A stretch of 63,816 bases of DNA, filler included, from Octopus bimaculoides (GCF_001194135.2; 6 parts of 6 records of this genome joined end to end with filler, not necessarily neighbours in it), one strand, 5' to 3'; counted from the first letter of the whole stretch, positions 12,848 to 26,881 are shown. The notes: a model not told the origin generated them from the sequence alone. Program-made: numbers and translations.

Positions 12848-15689
12848 AATGACCTCATCATTGAAATACCTCCTCTACTTCTGGTCTGCCTTAAATCTGT
12901 CTATTTGTCTCTTAGTTGAAAGGTTTATATTTATATGGATGTGAGAGAGGGAGGGAGAGAGAAAAAGAACAATATTATTTCTAAATCAAATCCCAAAAGA
13001 CAGGAACACAAAAGTATTGGTTTTAAATTTTGGCACAAGGCCAGCAATTTTGAAGGGAGAGTGTAAGTCAACTACGTCAACCTCAGTGCTCAACTGGTAC
13101 TTATTTCATTGACCTTGAAAGGATGAGAGGCAAAACTGACCTCAGCAGTTTTTGAACTCAGAATGTAAAGACTGACAAAATGCTGCTAAGCATTTCACCT
13201 GGCATGCTATTGGTTTTACCAGCTCACCACCTTACAGGAACCCAAAAGTATTAAAAAGATACACTAACCATCTTGATTATTATCTTAGTCCTTCCTTTCA
13301 TTTGGAATCTCCAAAAAGCAATAGGGAAATCTAAAAGCTTAAAATCCTCACAAAGTCAAGTAAAATAACCCATATACATCTAAAATATCTGAAGGAACCA
13401 TTTCACTTACTTAATCTCTACAACTACTGGTGCCAACATTGTTAAGTTTCCAAAATCTTAAGCAGTCATAAAGAGAAAATCTTAAACAGTTACAAAAAGA
13501 CAAGTGAAGTATCACCATACAGACCCATCAGATTAGAAAATCTCAGAAAGGTTAATTTTTATCATCGCTAACTCATACATTTCCTCCTCTCCAAATCACA
13601 ACATGGATTTGGACCACCATATCCGACAATCACACTACTGAACTTAATACAGAGAATATTGATGGCTTTCACTATAGAGAAAAAAACTCATACATTCCAT
13701 TTTAACTTCTAGTTTTTAACTCCATTCCCTACTATCAACATGTACAAAAAGTAACACCAGCTGACTTCAAGAAATAGCACAAAACACTGTCAGATTATCA
13801 TGCTTTTGTTTCTATAACAACAATGCTTCCAGAACCAGTCTCACCTGTGAGGATCACTTGGACCATATATGTTGCTTCAGTGCTTCACTCAACGGAAGAT
13901 GAGTTCCAGCAGCAATAGCTGGAGATTAACCCTGCCATGGACTGCTTCTATATTCAGGATGATAGAAGAGGGGGGGTTGTGCTGTATCAGATACCATGGA
14001 AACTGGAACAAGCTTCAGACTAATGAACCTGTTTAGGTCCATCACTGATCTTTTCAATTATTTTACCTTTAAATTATTGAGTTTTATTTCTTTTTAGACA
14101 TTAGATGCAGATTATAACAAATTAATTAATGATGGGTATTTTTTCTAGATATTAGTTTTGAAATAGCCTGCATCAAAACTGTATCTGTATCAAAAACATT
14201 TTTAGAAACTAAATCAAAATGTAAAACAATGCATGGCTGGTGGCTAAGAAATTTGCTTCACAACCACAAGGTTTTGGAATCAGTTTCACTGTTTTGCACT
14301 ATGGATTCTACTTTTGTAGCCTCAGGTTGACCAAACTTGTGAGTGAATCTGGTAGATGGAAACTGTAAGAAGCTCATCATGTGTGTGTGCACACATGCAT
14401 AAATATTGAGACAGAAATAAACTGACCCCAAAATGACTTCATTGTAACCATCTGTTTAATGTCCACTTTTCCATATTTGCATGGGTCAGATAGAATTTGT
14501 TGAAGGAGATTTTTACAGCCAGATGCTTGTCCTGTCACCAACTTTCACCTGTTTTCAAGCCGTATAATATTTTCCCATGGTCAGGCATGTTTTGTTTTTA
14601 TTTATTTTTTTTTTTATGGAAGACTGGAAACCAGCAACATCACTTGTGTGATGGAGATGCTTTTTCACTGTCATGCAAAGGCCAAGATAAGACAAGTATA
14701 CACACAAACACAACATGAATGCATGCAGCTTTCAGTCTCCTTCTATTAAATCTTCTCAAGGCATAGAACCAGCTACATTTCTGATTGAAAGACTCCTTGA
14801 AACACAACCGAGTTGATTTTATATCCCTCTAAATGCCATAAAATATTATTCAAACAATTAACAGAGCAGCAGCAGCAACAGTAGTAGTAGTGTCACCACC
14901 ACCCAGAGATGACATGCCTTAGGTTGACATTTTGGTTGAAATCTAATGTGTCAACACAGCTGGAATGACAGCACACACACACACAAATAATTATAATGCA
15001 ATGAGGTGGCAGAATCATTGGCACACCTGGCAAAATGCTTAGTGACATTTCGTCTGTCTTTATGTTCTGTGTTCAAATTTTGCCAAGTTCAACTTTACCT
15101 TTCCTCCATCCAGGGCCCATAAAATAAGTACCAGTTGAGCAGTGGGATTGATGTAACTGACTTATCCCTCTTCCAAAATTGCTGGTCTTGTGCCAGAATT
15201 TATCCTTTTATTCTTTATTTGTTTCAGTCATTTGACTGTGGCCATGTTGGAGCACCACCTTGAGCAATTTTAATCGAACAAATCGCCCCCCCCCACCCCA
15301 GACTTATTTTTCTAAGTCTAATACTTATTCTGTTAGTCTCTTTTGTTGAACAGCTATGTTACTGAGTTATAAGCACACCAACACCAGTTGTCAAGTGGTG
15401 ACAGAGGGCAAATACAGACACACAGACTCACACATATAGATATACACACATACACACTTATATATACACATGATGGTCTTCTTTCAGTTTCTGTCTACTG
15501 AATCCACTCAAGGCTTTGATCAACCTGAGATTATAGCAGAAGCCCAAGGTGTCACTCAGTGGGGCTGAACCCAGAACTGAGAAGCAAGCTTCTTACCAGA
15601 TAGCCAATAATTGAAACCAATAATTATAATATCTGGATGGAAATACATTTTTTTTTTTTTTTTGCTTTGTTGCAAAGCTTCTGTTTCAT

Positions 15690-16010
15690 AAAGAACTACA
15701 AAACTACCAAGACACAGGTGACTATACAGAACTACATGAAGAGACATAAAGGACCTAACAGAATGACATGTGGAGAGACAGAGAGCATTACAAAATAAGA
15801 GGAGGGGACACAGATGGCCTTACAGATTTACATGAGAAAACGCAGAGAGCCTTACAAAATTACATGCCTTTCAGAACTACATGGGGGAACAAAGATGGCT
15901 ATACAGAACCACATGAGGAGACATGGAGGGCCTAACGGAATTATATGAAGAAACGCAGAGGGTCTAACAACCACATATGGAAGCACACAGATGGTCATAC
16001 AAATCATGAG
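15690..16010 (+). repeat. Degenerate ~31-32-bp minisatellite
   Basis: Recurring TACAGAAyTACATGAGGAGACACAGAGGGCCT-like units. Confidence 0.65.
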
Positions 16011-17926
16011 TCTATTTGGTCAAGTTCTACCATTGGATCCAGCCTTATATCCAGGATGTGATTGCCAAGCGAGAGAAAGAGAGAGAGACACTCCAGTGGC
16101 CATCTAATACTCATTTTCAGCTGAGTAGACTGGAGCAACATGAAATAAAGTGCCTTCCTCAAAGATAAAACACACTACCTAGTCTAGTAATTGAACCTGT
16201 AACATTATGATCATGAGTTGAACACCCCTAACCACTAGTCCACTCCTCTGACTAACTTTTACTTAAAAATGTCTGGCTTTGTATTGGTGAATGAGTATAC
16301 TAGTGAGAATGTGGTTCAGAAATGAAGTTTTACAAATGAGAGACTGTTTAAATTTTGTGTTTGTATGTGTGTTTGTGTGTGCATGCATGTGTACATTTAT
16401 GTATTTGTGCATATGTGTATTTAAAGTGTGTATATACACATACTGACACACTACTTATTTATCTCTGTGTGTCTGTGTGTGTGTGTGTTTATATATATAT
16501 ATATATACAAACATGTATTTGTATGTATATGCCTATATTTGTGTGTGTAATAATTCCCTGTATATGTATGTAGGCTTTATTCGTTGATAGTTTGTAACAC
16601 ATCCTCTCATGCTAGCATGATTTATCACATAAATCTTGTAAAATTACATGTATAGAGATGTGTATTGAGAAACAGAGGGAAAGATTTAAAGATAAAGCGT
16701 GTACACTGACAGATGGTTTTAAAAATAGGTGTAAAAAGTAATTTTTCTTTTTATGAAAGCTGTTGGAATCCTTGAGGGATGTACATAATCACTCATATCT
16801 ATTCTTGATATAATTTTGAAGACTAAATACTGGAAACTAGAGCTGGCTAATCTGTTAAGACAACACAATCTAATCATATTTGAGACATTTTTGCATTTGT
16901 TTTTATAACTAAAGTTTATAGTGTTAGATTAGGTTTTATTTGGTTTGGTCCTAACATAAACAATGGGTAGTCAAGTTGTATTAATCCTGACAAGACTTTA
17001 ATGTCTGTGGAGGTAATGGCATGGTTTGCATTGTCTGGGAAGCAGGGAAACAATTAGATGTTGTATTGATTAATTTCTTGAGTGTAAGCAAGGTGCAGGG
17101 GTGGCATTACACACATCATCATAATCATAATCATTAACATCATCATAATTTAACATCCCTTTTCTCATGCTGGGAGGTTGAATGGTCTGATGTGATGCAT
17201 CAGGCCCAAGGACTGCATTGTGCTCCAGTGTCTGCTTTGGTATGGTTTTTACAGTTGGAGGATGCTCTTCCTAACACCTACCCCTTTACAACATGGACTG
17301 GGTAACTTTTTTGCATGCCACCAGCACTAATGAAGTTACCATGTAGCTTGCAAGACTATAAACCCCAAGGGAAGTGGCTTTATGCTAAGAGATTGAGGGG
17401 TTAAAGTATGGGAGAAGGGATCACATCAGAACAAGTTTTTGGCTATAGAGGCACCAACATGGCTACTCAAATTTTAGAAGAGAAGGTGGGGGTTGATTAC
17501 AAAGGGTGCTGAACAGTTCCTGGATTTAGGTAAAAGAAAATACAAGAGAATCAGTTAATTATGATTTTGTCAACATATTCTCCTCTCAGGTTCACACACT
17601 TATTGCAGCAGTCCTTCAGTTTTTCTTGTGGAACCTTGCGCTAATATTGTCTATTATAGCCCTGGTTGACTACAGCTTTGTGCAAAGCAAACTTATATTG
17701 CTGAGTATGTCAGCACACACACACATGTGTGTATGTGTGTGTGTGCACGCGCATGCGTGTGTGTGTGTCTGTGTTTGTATGTATAGATATATACATATGT
17801 ATATGTTGTATTTACATATATATTATACATATATATATTATATAATGTATATATATATATATATATATTTATTTATTTATGTGTTTCAGCCAAGTGGCTG
17901 CGGTCATGCTGGTGCACCACCGTGAA

Positions 17927-17960
<34 letters not shown>

Positions 17961-18024
17961 CATATGTATTATACATAGAATATATATTTACATATATATT
18001 ATATATACATATTATATATTATGT

Positions 18025-18360
18025 GAAGGCGCATGGCTCAGTGGTTAGAGCGTTGAGCTTACGATCGTGAGGTTGTGAGTTTGATTCCCGGACTGGGCTG
18101 CATGTTGTGTTCGTGAGCAAGACACTTTATTTAACATTGCTCCAGTTCACTCAACTGTAGAAATGAGTTGCGATGTCACAAGGGCCAAGCTGTATTGGCC
18201 TTTGCCTTTCCCTTGGATAACACTGGTGGTGTGGAGAGGGGAGGCTGGTATGCGTGGGCGACTGCTGGTCTTCCATGAAAACAACCTTGCCCAGACTTCT
18301 GCCTGGGAGGGTAACTTTCTAGGTGCAATCCCATGGTCAGTCATGACCAAAGGGGGTCTC
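18025..18360 (+). mobile_element. SINE family D (tRNA-Arg-like head plus CORE-like domain)
   Basis: GGCGCATGGCTCAGTGGTTAGAGCG...TTACGAT (ACG anticodon position)...GTTTGATTCCC, then GAGCAAGACACTTTATTT...TGCTCCAGTTCACTCA. Related copies: 16000-16250(-), 32375-32500(-), 43805-43950(-), 56654-56966(+), 60433-60575(+). Confidence 0.75.
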
Positions 18361-18390
18361 AGCAATTATATATTATATATACAATATATA

Positions 18391-19676
18391 TTGTGTCATC
18401 CCATAAATAATGTGATTTTTTTATACTTCTTTTATTTTTCAAAATTGAGATAAACAAAGCTCCTTTTTAATCTAAAACATACTCTCCTTCATTTTTTACA
18501 ATGCTCTACCATCTATCTGGTAGACCTGCAAGGCCCCTCTTCCATAATTCACTTGTTTGTGATGAAAAATACTCCTCCAGTACTGTTCTGACCTCGTCTA
18601 CAGAATTCATATTTTTTCTGTCCAAATGATTTTGAAGATTGTGGAATAAATGATAATCAGATGGGGCAATGTCTGGCGAATATGGTGGGTGGGGTATCAT
18701 TTCCCATTCAAAATGCTCCAGCCTTTGGAATGTCATCTTTGCTGTATGTGGCTGAGCATTATCCTGATGGAAGAACACCTTTCATCTTGAAACCAAAGAT
18801 GGTCGTTTTTCTTCTAGCACTGACTTAAGCCACTCAAGCTACTCGCAGTAGATCTCCTTTGTTATCATTTGGTTTGGGTTTAAAAGTTCAAAGTGGACTA
18901 AACTTTTCCTATCCTACCAAACAGATGACAGCACCTTACATGGGTGAAGACCTTCTTTAGCCTGCAGTGCTGATGTTTCTTCTTTCCTTACCCACTGTTT
19001 TCAGCAGCTGACATTTTTATAGAGAACCAATTTCTCCAACACCAGTCACTATTCAGTCCAAAAAAGGTTCATTCATGAGATGTGACAGCAAAGAAGAGCA
19101 TACATTCAATCTCTACATGCAATTAGACTAAAAAAGTTTGTGAGGAACCCATTGACCCAATTTGCTGACTTTTCCAATGGCACGCCAGTGTCAATGAATG
19201 GTTAAACGACCAAATCCAAGCTTCTCTGGTAGTTCCTCAACAGTTACAATGGGACTTTGTTCCACCAGGGTTAGCAGGACATCCTCATTGAGCTGTACTG
19301 ATGTTCCAGATTGAGGCTCATCTTTTAGGCTGTAGTTTTCGGCTCAAATTTCTGAAAACACCATTGACACTGGCTTATGCTTATTGCCTAATCCCCATAA
19401 ACTGCATTTAATATTCCTCACACTTTCCGTTGTGTTGTTGCCTTTATTGAACTCGCATGGCAAAATATGCTGAATATGCTCCTTTGTCACTTCCATTATA
19501 GCTTTGAAAAATAACTGTTAAAATTAACTGCACTCTACAAAACTTGCACTAAGAATAAGTTCAAGGTAAAATTACTATCTGCTTTATAGCAAGTTGATGC
19601 AGGTAGTTTATCCTGTCCCTCTGTGACTTTTAGTTCATGCAATTGAAAAATCTGCATTATTTATAGGATAACCCAA
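18391..19676 (-). mobile_element. Full-length defective mariner (Tc1/mariner, DD34D) transposon
   Basis: TA|TTGTGTCATCCCATAAATAATG left TIR; right TIR reverse-complements to TTGGGTTATCCTATAAATAATG; TA duplication both sides (18389-90, 19677-78); 1286 bp. Confidence 0.93.
18467..19496 (-). pseudogene. Mariner transposase pseudogene
   Basis: ATG at 19496 (MEVTKEHIQHIL...), GQWVPHKL motif, HQDNAQPH...HPPYSPDIAPSDYHLF with exactly 34 residues between the 2nd and 3rd catalytic Asp. Frameshifts and internal stops; terminal TAA at 18467-18469. Confidence 0.92.
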
Positions 19677-19854
19677 TATATCTATGTATATATACATATA
19701 TATTGTATAATCATTTCTATTATAGGCACAAGCTCTGAAAATTGAGGAGAGGGGGTTAGTGGATTATACCAACCCCCAGTGTTTCACTGGTACTCAATTT
19801 ATCGACCACAAAAAGATGAAAGGAGAAGTCGACCTCGGCAGAATCATATATATT

Positions 19855-20650
19855 ACTTTGATAACTTTGATAGGTTTCGGCCAGTATATATGCCCAAACC
19901 ATGTCTAACTTAATAGCACCACCTGGTGAAGTCTCTTAGTTATATATGGGGCACCATGGCCCACTCTAGCAAAGAGTTATTATTGTTGGAGAGATATCCT
20001 GATGTAGGAGGTTGGTTCGGGATTTTTTAAAGAAATTTGCTCAGTGAACATTTGAATTTTATGGGATCCATTTCCGTTTTGACATATTTTGGTATGGCAT
20101 TAAAGAGAACTGGACCAGTTAAGGTAAAGTAATTGTGATGTAATGTTGCTATGTGTCCTGAGTTCAATTTTTGGAGTGGGCGGATAGCACAGGGGCCAAG
20201 TCTTGGATCAATTTTAAAATTGATGCCAACATCATTTGTGCAATATTGATGGAATATTTTCCACATCACACAAATGATATAGTGTTCCAAGTGGCGTTGG
20301 AGAGAGTAGAGATTGAGTTTTTTTAGTTGACCCCAACAGTCAGTGCCTGTCATGCCGTCTATCTTTCTTGTTATTGACCTCTGGAGTGCTTCCAGTTTCA
20401 TAATGAGTTGCTTCGTATGGGAAGACCACAGTGGGCAACAGAGTTCAAGGTAGGGTCAGGTAAAAGTAGAGTAGAAAAGGATGATGGTGTGGGCATCTCT
20501 AGACCAGAAAGTTCTCAGAATCCAGGAGCACATCTTGCAGACCAAGTCAACCTTGCTGTTTATGTGGGAACTCCACCTTAGATTGTTATCAACAATTACT
20601 CCAAGGTCTCTGGTATTGTTGGATGACACTAGGAAGTTGCCCGAGATGTT
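19855..20650 (-). mobile_element. 5'-truncated CR1/L2-group LINE (ORF2 C-terminus plus 3' UTR)
   Basis: Translation RDLGVIVDNNLRWSSHI...PYLELCCPLWS...KLEALQRSITRKI...LNLYSLQRH...GPVLFNAIP...FKCSLSKFL is typical of the post-RT region of CR1/L2 ORF2. Ends in the short repeat (ATCAAAGTT)2. Confidence 0.85.
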
Positions 20651-21397
20651 ATATACATATGATATATATGTATATATATATTGTATATTGGGATGACCAT
20701 GGTTTTATTTATTTATTTTTTTGCCAAATAAACTCACACACTATATATTTGTTCTTCACAGCAAGAGCACACATGAAGATGGAAAGTGTTGCTGAGGAGG
20801 TCACAGATGTGTGACGAAAGATTTCTGTGCAACAGTGGACATGAGTTAGGATAAGAACAGTAATAAACTAGTGAAGAACAAATATACAGTGCATGCATTT
20901 ATTTAACAAAAAAACAAAAAATGACCTTCCCAAAATACAACAATATCTGTTTCAACACATGACTTCACATTAGGAATCCTGCAACACAAATTCCTGTTTT
21001 GACACCACATTTCCTGCTTAACACAAACTTTTAACCCTTTTTTTAAACCTAACAAAACTCTCAACTCTCATGCATCCTTATTTTTCCTACCAATTTATAC
21101 ATGAACTACTATTGAACTACAAAAGCTCAAAGACAATATAATGTATGGGTATATTTATTTTTTTATATATTATTTTTTTATATATTATTGTTTTATATAT
21201 TATTTTCTTCATTTTGTACTTTTTTGTACTTCTTTGTAAAAAAACATTTTAATTCTCCTTCTTCTTGATAATTTGCTTCATCGCAATGAAAACCGGTTAG
21301 AAAAAATCTTTATTAAATTATGCTTCCAGTTCAGCATTCTGGCTTTTTTTCATNNNNNNNNNNNNNNNNNNNNNNNNNNNNNNNNNNNNNNNNNNNN

Positions 21398-21409
21398 TTA
21401 ATTAATTAA
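21398..21409. other. Assembly gap linker TTAATTAATTAA (artefact). Also at 31595-31606, 36190-36201, 60349-60360, 62169-62180
   Basis: Identical 12-mer with stop codons in all six frames, centred in N runs (44 N + 12 + 44 N = 100 where counted); marks gaps of unknown size. Confidence 0.92.
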
Positions 21410-21453
21410 NNNNNNNNNNNNNNNNNNNNNNNNNNNNNNNNNNNNNNNNNNNN

Positions 21454-21501
<48 letters not shown>

Positions 21502-21789
21502 GATGTTTGTCACTCACCACCGCCTGACAACGGGTGTTGGCGTGTTTATGACCCCCGTAACTTAGCGTTTCTGTAAAGGAGACTAACAAAATAAATACCA
21601 GCCTCAAAAATAAGTACCGCGGTCGATTCGTTGGACTAAAAAAAAATTTCAAGGCGGTGCCCCATCATGGACGCAGTCCAATGACTGAAAACAATTAAAC
21701 GAATAAACAAGCATAGACAACCCATTTTCAGCTGCTTCATGGCTCTCACTATAAATTTCTTGAGTTGTTCGTGTTGAATGAGTTGTGAA

Positions 21790-22315
21790 AGAGTATCGGC
21801 TGCTTTGTGATATTTTTTCGATGGAATGCAATCAGATACTTTTTTCCTCTAATCAATATGTGCTATGGAAAGCTTTATTATTATTTAGTCTTTCTTTGTC
21901 ATTTTGATTTCTTCGATAATTGTTCAATTTACCAGCAGCTGTTCTTCACATCCATCCATCCATCTCTTTCCCGCATCCTTCCTGCTCTTATATACTAAGA
22001 TGTTATGGTATTCCTGATGTGGGATGCTTGATGTAAGAAAGCATAGACGTAAGGTATTTCTATGTTGTTTTCAGTCAACTTATAGACCTGTAGTTTTTAG
22101 ATGTCTCTAACGCTTTCGGTTTTGGGGAATCGATATTGATTTCCTTTTTGCTGATGATTCATCTGTTGTTTCATGCACGTACATTAATTTTATTAAATGC
22201 TGTCACCACATATTCAAGAGCACTGAGTCAGTTATTCAGTCAGATACTGTCAATGCAGGGGAATTTCCCGCTCTCTTCTGCTTTTATCGTGTTGCTGAAT
22301 TCCCTGTAAGTTATG
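21790..22315 (-). mobile_element. R4/Dong-type non-LTR retrotransposon relic (RT N-terminal motifs)
   Basis: Degenerate translation ITYREFSNTIK..GKFPCIDSI...KNYRSIS*LKTT*KYLTSML...EQEGCGK...EQLLVN...LSIAHID*RKK..DCIP resembles KAPGxD / NYRPISCL / EQKGC / WIDYKKAFDSIPH. Confidence 0.7.
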
Positions 22316-22323
22316 CTGGCCCG

Positions 22324-22703
22324 TGGAGGCGCAATGGCCCAGTGGTTAGGGCAGCGGACTCGCGGTCATAGGGTCGCGGTTTCGATTCCCAGACCGGGCG
22401 TTGTGAGTGTTTATTGAGCGAAAACACTTAAAGCTCCACGAGGCTCCGGCAGGGGATGGTGGCGAACCCTGCTGTACTCTTCCACCACAACTTTCTCTCA
22501 CTCTTACTTCCTGTTTCTGTTGTGCCTGTAATTCAAAGGTTCAGCCTTGTCACACTGTGTCACGCTAAACATCCCCGAGAACTACGTTAAGGGTACACGT
22601 GTCTGTGGAGTGCTCAGCCACTTGCACGTTAATATCACGAGTAGGCTGTTCCGTTGATCGGATCAACTGGAACCCTCGACGTCGTAAGCGACGGAGTGCC
22701 AAC
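22324..22703 (+). mobile_element. tRNA-derived SINE family B, young full copy
   Basis: Head GGCGCAATGGCCCAGTGGTTAGGGCAG...GGTTTCGATTCCC (A and B boxes), tail CTGGAACCCTCG..GTCGTAA.CGACGGAGTGCC. Other copies: 5369-5712(+) and a tail at 45867-45950(+). Confidence 0.85.
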
Positions 22704-23359
22704 ACACACATGCTGGCCCAGATTTTGCTGTTCTGTTGCATCTTTCATCTTTTTAAACAATTTTGCCATCTAATTCATTACTCTCTCCCATTGTGCTGAA
22801 CGTTTTGTTCTTTATCTTCCACCCTCCCCACCCCCACCCAGCAGTACCTCTGTAAATCTGCTGATGTTGTCTCATCCATGTTATTTTTCTTTTACTAGTA
22901 GTCCTTTAAACTACTTAGGTATTTGATTCAAATACTTCTCACTCTTCGGAAAAATCGCTCACGCTTATCGAAGCGTCTTTTTCTGCATATTTTCCCTGAT
23001 ATGATTCGTTTAAAATGTCTTTTATCTCCATGGAATCTTCATTTTATTAATATTATGCTTTGATTATTTGCTTTTTTTTTAGCCCTTCATATTATACCGC
23101 CATGTTCTCTCTTTTTTTTTTACGTCTTCATATTAAACCGCCATGTTTTTCCATTTTGCTAAGGGGAAAAAATTATTTCCCAATTTCGTATACTATATTC
23201 CATTCTCTTTGTTCTGGGCAAGGCATTAACTGTATCTGGAAATGAATCTCCAGCTCATGGATTCAAAGATTTTGGGGTGTATGCAGTTACCCGTTAGTTA
23301 TCACAACCCCCAGTTCCACTCTGATTCGAGATGGCAATATCTATGAAGGGCTCCAGTTA

Positions 23360-23857
23360 TGTAGCAAGTAACAAAAACTAGTCCTTTCGTTAAGGCACGC
23401 AGAAGCACGCTGGCTCCTTTATACGTTTTACACATGCGCACTATTCTGTTGACGCATTCTGATATCATGTGAATTAGTTCCCGTGCTCAAAGGCTGAATA
23501 CACCTTGTATACCAAGGGAAAGTTCGGGAAGCAGGAAGTAAAAAAAAAACTATAAATAAACCGGAAGAAGGCAACAGGAAATCTCCGTTGTATGTTACCC
23601 AAGGAAAATCAAGAATCTCCAGAGTTTGGCCTGGAGGTACCAGATCATCACCATCTGTATGTATGGCACACAAATAGATATACTTTTCTCAACGTTTAGT
23701 GCCGTTTGTCTGATGAGAGTCTTACTCCTTGAGGATGAAACCACATTACACTCAGTACTGTCACAGTTACTCAATAGATTAGACCACCCCCCTATCCGTA
23801 TTAGGTTTGTTTATTTGTTCACTTCCTGAATAAAGTCTTCTGCAGAACCTCGTTACA
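23360..23857 (+). mobile_element. Possible solo LTR
   Basis: Starts TGTAGCAAG, ends CTCGTTACA (7/9 inverted match), TATA-like CTATAAATA near 23550, AATAAA at 23829; no TSD found. Confidence 0.3.
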
Positions 23858-25378
23858 CATATCTGTTCCTTCTTAGAGTTGCTTCTTCGTGCGTAGGTTA
23901 GGCAAGGCTTTCTCTCGATCCTCGTTCACCGGTTTCCTTTTTTTCTTTACAGTTTCTGCTAGGTCCTCTTCAATGTCAACTTTGACCGATGTGTTGTGAT
24001 GTGTATTTTCATTACGATTATTGTTAGGTGTTGTGTCAAAAGTATACTTTTGTCATACCTATGTATTTTGCAATATATTTCCCTGACAATTTATGGTAGC
24101 TTTATCATCCTTTCCATTTCTTTTCTTTGTTCTCTCGTCTGCTTATATTTTGGCGTGCTCCCATAATTTTTCGTGCTTATTGGGTTTTCTTGTATTTTCA
24201 GTGTCTTTAAAAAAAAAATCAATTTATTCTATGTGCGGTCATTCTATGTGTTGCTTTCTTTAAAAAAAAAACGTGATCGATTCTGTTGTGTACGAGCTCA
24301 GGTTTTTGCTTTGTCTGCAGCTGATTATTTTGTATTAGTTTTACTGTGTATTGTTTATGACAAATATCAGCGATAATATTGGTTTCAAATTTTAGCACAA
24401 GGCCAGAAAATTCGTGGGAAGGGCAAGTCGATTACATCGACCATAGTGTTCAACAGGTACTTATTTTATCGACCCCAAAAGAATGATAAGCAAAGTCGAA
24501 TTTAGCGGTATTTGAGCACGGAACATAAAGATGGATGAAATACCGCTAAACATTTTTGCGCGGCGTTAACGATTCTGCTAGTTCACCGCCTTATAATATC
24601 AGTCACAAAATTGACTTAAAAATTCGCAGCGAAAAGGCAAACAACATTCAAACGTATACACATATACCTTTTGGTATACGCATAAGCATATATAACTTTT
24701 GTAACGTGAATATACGTAACTACTGAAACCATTTCTAAAACAGGATTTGTTTAAGAAAATTTCTGCAAGTGAACAAGATCCGATCGATGAAACAAGTTGT
24801 ATCACAAAATAGTGCGTTCCACTACCTGAGAAATTCATACAAATACGGACAATAAGAAAAGGGACATGCATTTGCCACTTACAAACCAGGATGGAAGCTT
24901 TTAGTATGCCATCAAAGAATAACAAAAAAGGATGCCCTGGCAGATGTATAGGCCACCTTGCTGTCCAAAGTCATATGGATGTAATTATTGAATGTTTGAG
25001 TTTGAGAGTACAGCGAAATGATTGGCTCATACCGTTATATATATGGGCCAGCGCGAAGCGAGGGCGAACGTCAAGAGCAATGATAGTGATATTAATCGCT
25101 GCTACTTTGTCACATATATAACACAACAAGATATGAGTACAAAGGTCAAAAGGAACGACATGCGGTCGGAAGAAGCCCTAATGATTCCCGAGAAGTATTA
25201 TCCTTCAAAGGCTATATTCCGATGTGGATGCGACAATAAAAGAAATGCTTCCCAACCACATGGTTCCAGGTTCAGTCCCACTGCGTGGCACCTTGGTTAA
25301 GTGTTTTCTACAATAGCCTCGAACCGACCAAAGTCTTGAAAGTGGATTTCGCAGACGGAAACTGTAAGAAGTCCGTCG

Positions 25379-25528
<150 letters not shown>

Positions 25529-26479
25529 TCTGTATTTATCCGCCACCATCGCTCGACAACCGATGCTGGTGTGTTTACGACCCCCGTATCTTAGCAGTTC
25601 GGCGAAAGAGACCGATAGAATAAATACCAAGTTTAGAAAGAATAAGTCCAGGGGTCGATTTCTTCAACTAAAAGGCGGTGCTCCAGCATGGCAACCGTCA
25701 AAATGACAGAAACAAGCATATATATATATATATAACTTGTTTCAGTCACTTGACTGCGGCCATACTGGGGCACCAATTTGACGGGTTTTAATCGAACAAA
25801 TCGACCCCAAAATTTATGTTTTAAGCCTAGTACCGTAACGCGTACCATAACGCAATAAAGTGCTCCCTTGATGATCTGTTGTGTAATTTTTTGCTGTTTA
25901 AACCCAGGCCTACTCTGACACATTAAGCGTATGAGCAATGCTGATCAAGACCCTTTTCAAACCGCGATCCTTCCGACATTTTCTTTACTTCGGATTGCAA
26001 TGACAGTTTGTGCTTTTTTCTTAAGATGTAAAGTTGTGATTTACAAATAATTGGCTACTATTTCTAACTGATCGAAAAAGCAGGGAAAGGTTCTCTCCCT
26101 ACATATGTATTTTAGTCATGATGTTAGCCGAGAAAAATTAGTACAGAGCCAGAAATATCACCATAGTGTCGGCTGCTGGTTCTTTAGCATGTGAGCAGCT
26201 TTCGTCGATCTCTAATTTTCATTTATAAATTTAAAGAAGTTAGAGAAAGACAGAAAGAGAGAGAGAGAGAGAAAGCGTGAGAGAGCGACAGAGAACAACA
26301 ACATCCATTTCTGAACAGAGAAAGGAAAGAAAAACATTCACACACACAAAGTACATACATAAAAATTTTAAAAGACAATTTTCTTTTATTTTCTCCTGTT
26401 TTGAAGAGTTTCCTATGTAATAGAAATGGAAATAGTAACGGATAGAAAAATACAGATTTCAGCTTAGAGGACGAAAACG

Positions 26480-26531
<52 letters not shown>

Positions 26532-26784
26532 GATAGATAGATAGACAGGTAGATAAAGGGAGGAATGAGAGAGAAAGAGAGGGAAGGATTGAGAGAGATA
26601 GAGAGACAGAGAGCGGAAAGAGAGACAAGGAGAGAGAGAGAGAGACAGCGAGAGAGAAAGATGGAGAGAGAGAACAATACGCAGGAAAATATAAAATTTA
26701 AATACGAGAAAACGTATAACAGATTTGATTCTCTCTGAAATCGATATGATTTCTTCCCCACCTAACCACCAATCCGCACCTGCA

Positions 26785-26881
<97 letters not shown>

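Noticed and set aside
21261-21300. Hammerhead-like GAAACCGGTT with an upstream short stem; a similar partial motif at 23710-23745
   Set aside because: Core is degenerate (TTGATAA instead of CTGANGA), or stems II/III cannot pair.
21398-21409. Palindromic TTAATTAATTAA recurring five times
   Set aside because: Always centred in 100-bp N blocks; an assembly linker, not biology.
22324-22400. tRNA-like sequences at SINE heads (also 18025, 29667, 56654)
   Set aside because: They lack a complete acceptor stem and continue into repeated SINE bodies; not functional tRNA genes.
25020-25080. ATTGG + TATATA + CpG-rich stretch resembling a promoter
   Set aside because: No downstream gene structure identified.
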